A DNA stretch of 64,000 nucleotides. Source: Takakia lepidozioides (Eukaryota > Plantae > Bryophyta). Under the pieces are notes generated by a model that worked only from the letters and a program-made list of their open reading frames with translations, was not told the DNA's origin and made no database searches. This document shows, one piece after another, positions 12,360-24,023 of the stretch. The stretch covers positions 20,026,001-20,090,000 of the forward strand of contig CM060734.1 of the NCBI GenBank assembly GCA_030704615.1, in the 5' to 3' direction. The position numbers were made by a program, and so were the translations under genes. Every line of letters begins with the position of its first letter. The first letter of the stretch is position 1.

Positions 12360-15300
12360 CTACCCATGTGTTGTATCCCGCTGCAATAGAGTATCGACCT
12401 CGTTGAAACTCATAGTGGCCTGGTGAATGAAGTTGTCACGTTTGGGATCGCAAACCATCCTCTTCAAAAATATGAAATACAAATGTTTGCAGGGTATGAA
12501 TTTACCTCTCTTGCCCAAACTGGTTGATAACATATTCACAAAATCAGAACATGTGGAATTGGGGAAATTGGAAACCGTGATGTCGTAGGTCCTGTCATGA
12601 ACAACAGATGTGGAAGTGATGATTGTGAATACCCGACCATATCCTAGATCGGGCACTTCCGTGGTGCTTCCAACACGAGGTTGGAGCATTCTTGCGGACT
12701 CCACTTTGCCAAAGTGTTCAGCGGTTGGAGGGAAACGCCGAACGAGCTTTCCATCTCGTTTGGTTGGCCACAAGTCAGGATTTGCTGGGGGGACCCGAGA
12801 GGACGCAGAAGTAGTAGCACATGCATGGAGTTGGGGTTGTCTCGCAAGGGAAAAGCCTGCCTCCTCCAGCATTTCAATCTCCTAAAATCTGAGATGTGTT
12901 CCCACCTTCACGGGCCAAACGGTTGGAGGAGATGGCTTCATCACTACGGAAGGACGCACAGTTCCATGCACACATCTGGCACAATCATCTGCGCAGAACC
13001 AGAATTGTGGTTCTTGGCTTCTGGTTGACCGTATGGACGCATCAAACCCGTGAAAGTCGGAGCAGGAGTTCGGGCACCACCTCTGGATATAGATGAAGTG
13101 CACTTCTTGAAATTAGTTGCCCTGATCGCTGTACATTTCACACGAGACCCTGCACTTGTGCGTTCTATGTGCCAAACGTGGTCGGGGCATGCGGACTCAA
13201 GCACATCAAGGGGGTTGTTTCTCTCTTGCACCATTTCAGTGGCACTGTTTGATGCTGGAGCTTGCCGTCGTGTTGGAGGTTCCGGACATGGAGCTGTCAT
13301 GCAGGGGAACACGAGGCTTCGAGAAGTTATCACGGTCTGCCTTGTGCGAATCGGAATCCGAACCAGGTGGAGTGTTCAATTTCCTCTTACAGGAGCCGAA
13401 TCTCTCCTCTCCTTCAAGATGTGGAACTCTAGAAAAAAGTGGCGTTCCCTGGGCATACATGCTCACCGCCCGTGCTATCTTGATTGGATCCCCAGATCTG
13501 TTTGCAGCACGCAACATCAACTCCCATTTGTCCGGACCCTTGCCACCACCCCCACCTCGCAAGAAATCACGGTATCGGGTTTGTTGTTGCAAGGCACGTA
13601 TCAAATCATATGTTGTTGCCACATACAAATCCCGACCTCGTTTCCCAGACTGCTACAACCATGCGTTGTGCACAGTTTCTGCCAAATTGTAAGATGGCAT
13701 GTCCGTCATTTCCTCAATGGACATGTTTTGCAAAGTGGAGAACCACACTTCAAAACAGTGAACAGGAAACAACATAAAGAAAACGAGGAGACAATAAAAT
13801 AGAAAGTAAATGTATGAATAAAGCAAGAAATATAAGCCTCGTACCACTGCCATGGCTGCTCCCCACTGTCTATACCGGAAGTGCCAAAACGCTAGCCAAT
13901 CTTCCAATGCTCTCATACTCTCAAGTAATGCAGCTCCAGAAGAGAACCACCAGGCACGAATTGTCTGGAACAAAGAGTCCGCCTCCTTCATTGTTCTAGC
14001 ATCTTTGTACTCTTTGCACAATTTACGGTGCTGAGTCTGCATCTCTGGTTTGATGTCCGACTTTGTATGTTTTTCTAGAGATTGTGTCCAATGGAATAGA
14101 CATGTACGCTCTCTTCCTCGCATTGGCACTTTTGGGTCGCCCGATCCGAAGACAATACGAACAACATTGAAATTTGCTTGAGCACTATCCGCCATGAAAC
14201 CTGTGAAATTTGGAGATGGCAGCCCATGGCAGCCCATGACACGTATCAGGGAATTCCACATGAGCTTCTGGGATTCCGTCCGTATCCTCGGATTGCATGT
14301 CACAAACTGCAATTGTCATAACTTGTTGGTACACTGCATCGTAGACATGACAAGCCATTGTCGTCCAATCCTTCACTCGTTTCACATGATCAAACATAAG
14401 AAAACAGTTCTGCAAGTCCCTAGTCTTCTGCATCCGCTTCACGAGGCTAACCCCACTGCCCTCCCCAACAGTCGACATTTTGAAAAGAAAAACTTTGATG
14501 GCACCTTGACCTGGGAATACATTGTCCTGGATGTAATCGTACTTGCTCACTCGTTTCAACTCCAAAATGTTGTCTATGTAGCCTCTGATACTAGAGCCCA
14601 TTCTTAATGCATTGATCTGATGCCGAATGTTAGGTGAACTCAAAGTGGAGAAATGATCCATGACCAGGTCGCTGCACCGTCAAGTTTAGTCCCCACAGAA
14701 TCCCCTTCACTCAAAATATGGCTTTCCAAGAAGGACTTGCTTGCACCAAGAGCAATTGCAGATGTTGTTGCGGATGGGTTTCTCCCGAACTCCTGTTTAA
14801 TCAACCTCGATATCGTCTCAACACTCTCCCTGTAATCCCCCTTCGAGACAGGATGGTTATGGAATCCGAAATGCACACAAGCTCTTGTCATTGTTTTCAA
14901 ACGGTGGACAACATAGTACATTCTTGCTTCGCAGAGCGCCAAGCAAGATGGCACAAGTTTGCAGAATTTGCAGATGAAAGTGTTTGCCGGTGGTGGGGCA
15001 GTCCCAGGCTGAAATGGATTTTCCGCCAGACCCTCCCATTCGCTTTGATTATGAACCCCAGACTGAAGAAAGTGTCTGCAATTCAAATTATCACACCTAA
15101 GGTGTCCATTGCAAACTGTTCTCCTGAAAACAAGCTTGTCATCATTCTGAATATTGGATGTTTTTGTTCTGCACCACGGGTGCCCGTCGTGTTTCTTGTC
15201 CATTCCATGCATCATGACTGTTACACCTCCAACTCGCGGAGGAGGAGGCAGCTCGAATAGGATATCGCCATCAAAAGTCTCTGGCAAGAACTTCACAGGC

Positions 15301-15857
15301 ACATGCTTCAAAGATTCCCAATCAATTCCTCGCAACTCACTTTTGAATCCAACCATTCCTCCCATCGCCCGTAGTTTTGGAATGATACTACAAATCTCTT
15401 CTTCATCAGCTTCTCCAACCACAATAGGAAGGACTGGATTTGGAATTTCACTTATGTCATTATCGGACGAATCCGAAAGCTCAACGATTGGAGTGGAGGA
15501 CGTCTGTTCTTTTTCCACCACCACCTCCCTCTTGTCTTCAACGACCGAAGCAGCAGTCCCGGGCATCACATATGATCCAAGGGACTTTCGCCGAGGCTCT
15601 CCAAGTACTTTGTATCGACCAGGGCGCACTCTCCACTGGCTGACATGAGCCGTCTCATCACGGTTTTGGAAAGAGTATTTCAACAACTTCCCTTTCAAAT
15701 CGTACACCTCTTTCTCCAAAAAGATGGAGCCATTCTGAAGCTGAAAACGGGTAGCCAAGACATGTTCCAGAACAATTGCAAATCCATTGTCAAGGACTTC
15801 CTGGGAGAATGGCACTGGTTTGTCGTTAGAGAAGAACTCCGCTTCAGAGGAAGCCAT
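12360..15857 (-). pseudogene. MULE-type DDE transposase with N-terminal GCM/WRKY-like zinc-finger region and C-terminal SWIM; frameshifted and spliced
   Basis: DGHPWC..CNGHLRCDNLNC..CKFC..C..HFGFHNHP; MFDHVKR (D1); FMADSAQAN (D2); TCLFHW (CxxH); NLAETVH (E); YDITVSNFPNSTCSDF...CKHLYF (SWIM). Confidence 0.8.
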
Positions 15858-16989
15858 CTTCCTTCCTCGCGTACGTTGATACCTTCCTATCGCAGACCTT
15901 CAGTGTAAATCGGTTTACTGATGTCTCCATAACATAGTTGAAGAATGAGCAGAGAATATGGCGGAGAAAGCTCATACGACGACTCTGCATATTCTGTTAT
16001 TCCTTCCAGATATGTAGCCGTTCATTTTAATTACTTTTTTTGTGGGCCTTGTGGTCAGAGTATCCCTAGGAGCAATGTCGGCAGCTGCTAAACCGTAAAT
16101 CAGAACCTCATCAATAAACACAATAACAAGCCGACTTCCTGGAAGCATGCCACAGGATCTGAGGGTGGGATTGCAGATTAAGTAAATGCATCTTTATACT
16201 ACTACCAATGATCATGCGCACATGGAAAGTTCAAAATGTGAAACGAACGTGGGGTTGGCTAACAAGGATGAACGTGTATGATATCCCAAAATTTGTCATC
16301 AAACTCTCGTTCATTTACATATATTTGTCTAAGACTGTGCACCAAGATTTCTGGGATTCGCTGTTATTTTTAAATATTGAAACCGTTCTAATAAAGAACA
16401 CGTCGTTTATTTTGGGCGACACACGTCAAACATCGATAACTATATTGAATACGAACAGTTGTACACTAATTGCTGGCATGTGCACTAATAAGGGAATGAC
16501 TATGTGTAACGGTCACGCGAGAGGGAATCCGATGCTTCTAGAGACAAGCCACAACGCACGCAATCCCGCAAGAAATCGGGAGTCACTTCGTTTTTCTACT
16601 TTTCGCGCTTAGAGGGAGAGTGGTAGTCAAGCTGGAGAGGGTTCCTTCTACAATACGAAAGAGAAGAAAGTCTCTTTATTTTACTTCCCTTAGAGAGAGA
16701 CGCAGAGCAAAAGAGCAAATGACGAGGCGTCGTTTGTTGGAGAACATAGGGCCAAGGCAACAGGTGAACGCGGAGACTGATTCACAAGAGCAGACCGAGA
16801 CTGAGGCAGCGGCTGTGACACAGTCGGCGATAACAGTGCGCGTTGGAAACCAGCCTGTGGATGCAGAAATGACTCGCAAGGAAACTGAAGGAGGTGGAAG
16901 TACGGGGAACGCTGAACCGGGAGAAGGTCCAGAAACCCTAGAGCAGACAGAAATTCCATCAAATGTGAGAAGGAAGAGGAAAGCTGCAG

Positions 16990-19740
16990 CCACAATGGAG
17001 TGTGAGCAACCATGGCAGGCAACTCCGCCGTATCATGCATGTTATCCTGCTCTGCTAAAGGTGGCACATCCTCTGCATGGGCATTGCCCTCCAACAACTC
17101 TCTAGGCCAACTAACTGTAGCTGTGAAGGCTGCTAGTGTTGGCATCTTGCCCCGTTGGACAGCAGCAACACCCACAATGAACAACACAGGGAGCTGTACA
17201 TGATGACCATCCCCTGACTGCCATCCAGGCCTGTAGGATGCTGACTCCTCCCAAAAATCCAGGGTGAAGCCCATGGGATACAACACTGCCCCACCAACGA
17301 GGACATCGTAAGAGACCGCGTCTGTCACAATGGCCTTGGCTCGCATCACTAAGCCATCTATAGGATGATCTGGCTGAAGTCTAATGGCCAACTCACGCCG
17401 TGTCATGCCCTGAGCCTGCTCTGATCCTCCTAGAGATGTCTATATCTGGAAAGGACAAGGCTCCATGTCCGCCTCCATGAGGCCCAAACCTGCAATAGCA
17501 GCTCTGCCCAACATCAGTGGCTGAGCTCCCGAGTCCAACAAGACCCGCAGTGGCCGGTACCTCTTGTCTGCCGGTCCACTCAAAGAGAAAATGTCATCCT
17601 GGTTGTCTAACAAGACAACTCCAGGTGTCACCATGGCGTGCTCAAATGCTGGTCTAGCTGGCAGCTCCGTCAACCTGGCAGCTGCAGCTTGCCATGGCGC
17701 AGCCGTGGCAGTCTTGACCCTCAAATCCGAGGATCCTCGCAGAGTGTTGCTGCTAGTCTGAACACTACAGCTGGTCTTACCCCCGGCGTCATAATCATGG
17801 TTGCCGAGAATAGTGGGGCTTGACACACAGAGGTGGCTACCCCCAACAACACACTGGCTGCACTAGCCTTGGCAGCAGGCGTCAGTGCTGCACGTGTAGC
17901 TCTCCCCAATGGCACAATAACGACCTCTGTATCTGTCGGACGAGAACTAGGTGCCATGGATGTCGTTGACACTGTCTCCCCCAAGATGAATGATTGAGGC
18001 AACCTAGCCTGACGGCTTGCCTCCCCACGGTGTGGATCTAACTCTACTTCTGCACCTCGTGGCTCAGGAACTCGTGCTGCTCCTCGAGTGACGGCTGCAG
18101 TAGACTCCACCTGCACTAGTGGAAGTACTGCCCCACACATAAATCCCATGCCTCCCATGTCTCCTCCGTCAGGATGACGCTACTGAGGAGGAACATGAGG
18201 TGGACCCTCAGGTCTTGGAGCTGGTACCACCTGAGCTGTGGCCATGGCAGCAAGCTTTTGCTCTAGTTGCTGAAGCCGGTTGGCCATGCCTTGGTCAAAG
18301 CCCTGACCTCCACGTCCTTGGCCATACTGTGCCTGCCCTCGTCCTACACCTCGTGCCTGACCACCTCGTCCTCTCTGAGGTGCTTCAGCTCACCCTCGGC
18401 CACCATTGTTCCCTTGGAACTGGCATTGCCGCAACTCAGGGTGCAAGTCATAACACTGGGCATCTCCATGCCCATACTTGCCACAATGCCCACACTGCAA
18501 CTGTGCAGGCTGTGCTTGTGCCGGCCTTTTGCTACTCTCTCGGCAATCTTTCTTGACATGGGGTCCTCCACATGTCCAACATACCACCCCTGGTTGCTGT
18601 TGGCCTGCAAAAGAAGCTACTGGCCTCTGTACCTGAGGTCCCTTGTAAACTCCATGGAATTTGGGTTAGGCAACCTTGCCCCCCCTGACCACGCTGTTGG
18701 GTAGTCCCTTGTACCTGTTGGCTGGCAGCTGCGCCTCGTGCAGGCATGTCCTTGCCAAATCCAATGGTAACAACTCGCTCCTCCACCATGTTGAGCTCAA
18801 TCCGCTCAGCCAGCAGAAACACATCTGCTAATGTGGGTTGGGCTGCTTGTAACAGGGTTGCATCCCACACCCTTCTCTTGAGCTCCTTGTCCAAAATTCC
18901 ATACCAGAACTGGACTGCCTGAGCTTCAGTAACCCCTTGGGTCACACTTATCAAGCGCCTCATACGAGTGTAGGCCTCTCGCAAGCTCTCACTGGGTTTG
19001 CGCTGGAAGTCTTGCAAACTTCGCAGCTTCTCTGTCCGTACGCCTTGGTAGTTTGTCCGCAACTCCTGGAAGAACTCCACCACCGGGTTGAATCTAGGCA
19101 CATGTGTTGTAGTCGTGGCAGGAGGAGTAGTAGCACCTTTTGAACTGGTACCACTTGCAGAAGTACCGACACTACTTGTTCCACTACTAGTGCTGGCAGT
19201 GGGAGATATTGGTGCTGATGCAGCTACTGGTCGCGTCGTGCCTCGAGTAACGGAGACGTAGTCAGGTGACCAATACATCCTCCACTCCTCAATCTCTGCT
19301 TCATGTCCTCGCCTGAATTCGTGGTAATCGTCCATAGGCGGGCCTTCCAAATGCTGGAACAATCCCTTCCACGCCATGAATGGGGTGAACAGCTGTGGAT
19401 TGCGCATCTGCTGCAAATCATACCAACTGTCGAACTCCTGGATAAAGTCATCCAGCTCAATTGTGCCCACAGCTCCAGAGTACCTGCGAGGTCCCTTGGT
19501 AGCTCCATACATCTCCTCCATGTCGTCCCACAACAATGGCGAAGAAAACTGCACACTTGTTGACGAAACCTCCGGGTCTGTGTCAGACTCTACAGTAGTT
19601 GAGGGTGGCGGTGAAGGTGGTCTGAACCGAATCCCTCGTCTTGTGAACCCACTCTCACTGTTACTGCCTGTAGCCGTACTCCCCTCAAAACCCTTGGGTA
19701 ACTCCGTGATGACACTCACAACCCGCACCTCCCCCACGTG
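16990..19740 (-). mobile_element. Ty3/gypsy-like gag-protease remnant (RT, RNase H and integrase absent)
   Basis: Gag-like ORF 18532-19737; zinc knuckles CWTCGGPHVKKDC and CGHCGKYGHGDAQC; aspartic protease motif LLDSGA. Confidence 0.8.
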
Positions 19741-21354
19741 ACACTATAAGGCTCTAGTACTATTTCTAATGGTGACACGGGTGGGCACCTGTTGCAGTTT
19801 AAGGGTCATATCCCAATGGCTCAGGGCACCTGCACCTGCACCTGCATCCACCGCAAGAACTCCTATGGTTGGCTAGTCATCAACCCAGCCTCACCATAGA
19901 AGAAACACTGGTGGTCTTGCTGGTCATCACTCCAGCCTCACCACCGACAGCATACTCTAGGATTGACCGGTGATCAAATCCGGCCTAATCCCTATGAAAG
20001 CAAGCGCCCACACAAAACCAACATGGCGCACAGTCAAGCATGCAGGTGTTGGGGGGGATCCAAACACAAGAAATCAAAACATCAACACCCCCACACCAAA
20101 ATCCAGCTGCAATGCTGATCCTGCAGAATAGCCCAGCCCAAAACCCTGGACTGACTGGCCTCCACCAAGAGAGGCTTTGGCAACTACAAGTACAAGGTAA
20201 TGAAAATAGTACAGAGATGGAGGGGAAGAATAGAAGCCCGACCAAGCAAGATATAATCCTGATCTATGCTATCAACTGCCAGACTTCTCTCAAAGTGCCT
20301 CGCTCTGCATGATGGTAAGGTGTATGAGGTATATCTATATCCATAAACCTGCCACTAACCTTGTCCCAAGCTACAGTAGCTCGCTCTAACCATTAAAGAA
20401 AACAAAGGTAGGGTCTGATAGTCTCTCAACTTGAAAGCTTTGAGACGGTTGCGGGTGTCCTCATTGCGAATGACTGCATCTCCTTCATGCACAACAAACA
20501 TGTCATTGCTAATGAACCCCCGCTCGTGGTTGCCCTGTGCAGAGCGTATCCGGCTGCAACCATTTCTGATTGCAAAAACTTGTGTAGCTCCTGCTCCTCT
20601 GCTCCAGCACACCACGGCCTTGTGGCTGAACACCTTGGTCCCCGGGGCTGTCTTTGGCTGTGTTCCAAGCCTAGCTTTCACCCACTTTGGTATTTCACCT
20701 ACAGCTGCAGAACTGCTGGCTCCAACAGAGTTCTGACTGTCCAAGGCGATATTGAGGCCCTCAATGCCGACTACAGCAGTCTGTTGTCTACTGCTAATGC
20801 CTGACTCCCAGTATGCAATCAACTCGTCCAACTGTTCTCCACTCAAATCAGTCTGAGTTCCTTGGGAACATAAATCTTGTCCCCTTGTGTGCACAGGCTA
20901 AGAGAAGAGACCTGCCCTTCAATTACGTCCTCATTTCCCCCAACCATACAAGGAGTACATCCACAGATTTGTCTCTCATATAGACCAGCACAGGTTCTAG
21001 AAACAGAATTGTGGATCTTTCATGGCACACTCACACTCTAAAAATTCCATAGATTTTTAGCAGAGTCCTAAAAACAAAAATCAGATCTAGATTGGTAGAT
21101 TTCCCCTTTCTGCAGCTATTCCCCCAAAAACTGAGTCAAACAGAGCCCATTTGACAAAGATATGACCAATTTGGCTCTAAATCATTCAAATTAGATCAAA
21201 GGCCATTTTTTATTTTTTTTTAAGGTTTTCAAATTTAAAAATTTAAAGTTGCACCCAAAATATCTGGTAACTGGTTCCCGGTTCCCTAAGTTCTATATGG
21301 TTTCCTAGGTTCCCTGGCCACGTGCGTGCTGTTCCCCTCCGTTTCATTTGAGTT

Positions 21355-21560
21355 CAACAGCGTTGTGAGATCCGAAACTTCAAGTAGAGTGAGGCTGGAA
21401 ATTTCATCAACTAGCCTGTGAATCTTCTCCGATGGCGGGGGCATCTGAGCTGTGGCGATGGCGGATCTGCTCCTGCGCTCTTGCTCCTCTTCCTCGAACT
21501 GGGCCTGCACGCTGCGGCTGAGGATGGAGCCTGCAACAATGAGCGGCAGCAGGACGAGGC
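21355..21560 (-). pseudogene. RPL12: Organellar ribosomal protein L7/L12 N-terminal fragment
   Basis: PPPSEKIHRLVDEISSLTLLEVSDLTTLL; truncated. Confidence 0.7.
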
Positions 21561-21814
21561 AAGAACTGACTCATAGCAGGGAGCTCCCCTGCTCTGCAAT
21601 GGGCCCCGTCTTCTTTGCCTCTTGTGGCTGTAACATTTTTTTCCCCCATCTGCCCCACAAATTCACTGCTGTTCCTTTACTTCTGACCTTTTATCACTCT
21701 AGTGGGACAGAGTACAAACACAGCAGCCAGTGCCATATTCTGTTTAGGGAGAGGCCTACAGTAGCAGTCCTGAACTCAAAACTCCACTTTATGTCCCACC
21801 CTGCCAGCCCTTGC

Positions 21815-22582
21815 AGGAACATCCAATCAACTGTCGTTCAATCTCTGATGATGTGGTGTACTCATTTGCCAGCATATCCATATGGCCTGAGTTAAGCTGA
21901 AAAAGAAGCTTTTCATCATCAGTTTGTGCAAAGATAGACTGCAGGGTGAGCACAGTAACAGGAATTCCAGTCGATGAATCCCTTTCCTCGTTCATGTGTA
22001 CCTTATAACCAAATAAAAGATAGCAGGCCTCCCTGAAAATTGAGATCTTGTCTGCAAGACTTGCCGGTACCGAGCTTAACGCTTCTCAAGTGATGTCACC
22101 CACTGAGTGAGCTCGGCAACTTCCATGGCCTGAACGTTGCCACTCCCCTTGGCAGACCCCAAGTCTCTTGCACTCCCATCGCCCAGGCTATTGCGGCCTC
22201 GCTCCAGTGTATCGAGCTTCTCATGCAGTGCTTCCACTTCAGCTTGCAATGCTTCCTGTCGGTCTTCTCTGTGGGCCTCTGCTTCAGGATTGTTGATCAA
22301 ATGCAGCACCTTGGTTGTTGACCGGTCATATTCACCGTGTCCTAGCTTGGACTCCAAGACTGCAACCTCCTGCCGAAGTCTCTCACTCTCCCGCTGCAAG
22401 GACTTGACACTCTCATGGGTTTGGTTGAGCTCTTCGGACAGATTCTCAGCCTCCCGCCGTTGTTCAGTTGACGCATTGCTGCTTCTTGCAATGGCCTCTT
22501 CCAAATGAATTGCATTATATTGAGCCTTTGTGAGAGCCACTTGCAATTCCTTGATGCGCTTATCCTTGGCCTTCTCCGGCAT
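21815..22582 (-). pseudogene. MAD1: MAD1 spindle-checkpoint protein C-terminal fragment, intronless
   Basis: LESKLGHGEY...TKVLHLINNP; ADKISIFREACYLLFGYK; GIPVTVLTLQSIFAQTDDEKLLF; contains a stop and a frameshift. Confidence 0.85.
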
Positions 22583-23444
22583 AGCCAGTGAGGAAGATGT
22601 CGCGAGGAGATGGGCTGTTTGAACTCTCCAGGGTTTTGTGAGGGCGCGAATCGGGCCTACAACATACAGATGTGACTTTTAACTCCCAAAATGTATGGGC
22701 CTGAGCAGCTCTCCAGCTATCCATTTCACTCCAGGCACTTTGTATTCATCCTAGGGACGTTGTGGTAGTGCAGATATCAGCGTTCACAGCTTGCCAGCGC
22801 TGCTCCATGCTGCATGGTAGAGCTTCTCTATAAGCTTACTGGGGAAACAATCATCCAGCTTCAAGGATCACGCATAGGTGCCAACTAGCATTTGCTGCTG
22901 CATTTTTAAGTCTCTCCTTGTGTGCTCCAAAGCCTCTGGTGACTTGGTAGCTTCAGCGACTACAGTAACAGTGGCGGCTCCGGCATCGTCATCCTCCAGG
23001 CGTTTCAGGGCACGCTGAATCTTGTGGTCACATTCAATGATATGCTTCTCAAACTAAGCACTACTTACACACAGGTAATCTTGCAAGTGCTAACCCTCAA
23101 CTCCTACCTTGCACTCACAGGTAAGATATCATCTCTCTCGAGTGATAAACAAGCTAGAAAGGACACATACTCTCAACACAAGAAATATGCAATCCCTCAA
23201 CATCACTCTTTAAGATAATAGTCGAGCCAGGGGCACCCCAAGCTATGGGGACTCCACCCCACAACAACCTACACTCCCATCATAAGCACACTCAGATCTG
23301 AAAGCGATGAAGGAGCTCGGTCGCGCAGGCTCAACTCGAGAGAGATGAGCTACGCGACTGCCGCTCTCGTGAAGATAAGGCGGTTCAGGTGTCAAACTAA
23401 ACTTGACACCTGATTTAACACTTGACCTAAATCCAAGTGTTAAA

Positions 23445-23556
23445 TACAAATAACTAGCTTTATTCTAGTTGTTTTCACACTGTGCTTATTTAACTTGACA
23501 TACAAATAACTAGATTTATTCTAGTTAGTTTCACACTATATTTATTTAACTTGACA
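23445..23556. repeat. 56-bp tandem duplication with internal palindrome
   Basis: acaaataactag.tttattctagtt..tttcacact.t..ttatttaacttgaca twice. Confidence 0.75.
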
Positions 23557-24023
23557 AGATAGAGAAGTGGAAAGGCGGTACCGCCAATCAAAGATTTGAA
23601 GACCATACTGTAGATTCAGGCAGAGTATCGATTGGAAAGTACTCTCGACATAGACAAGAAACAGTGAATGCTTGCGACGTTCATCACAATGGAGTCAATC
23701 TGAATAATCTGCACTTACTGTCCGCCCTAAACTATACTGAGTGTCGTTGCCGCCAATCACTTACACATATATGTCATTGCACAACACCGATCCGGCAGGT
23801 CCCACTCTTTTGTGATTGTCGTTAATGCCGTTCGCTCTTGCTCAAAACCTTTCTGTTCCTGTGTCCCTAGAATCATAGTGTTTTGTTTTGAATTCGGCAG
23901 GATTAGCTTTGCTTGTGTAGATGGTTTTGAATTTGTTTCACACCATTCATTGTGAGTTGAGACGAGACAGAGTGATGGTCGTTACTGCCGTTCACTATTT
24001 GCACATTACTCAGTCAGATTTGA

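Noticed and set aside
13050-13802. 250-aa plus-strand ORF and similar long antisense ORFs (e.g. 44227-44823, 45056-45664)
   Set aside because: Shadows of the transposase or VTC1 on the opposite strand
16505-20350. Complete LTR retrotransposon around the gag-pro remnant
   Set aside because: 16505 begins TGTAAC and looks LTR-like, but no matching second LTR, PBS or TSD was found
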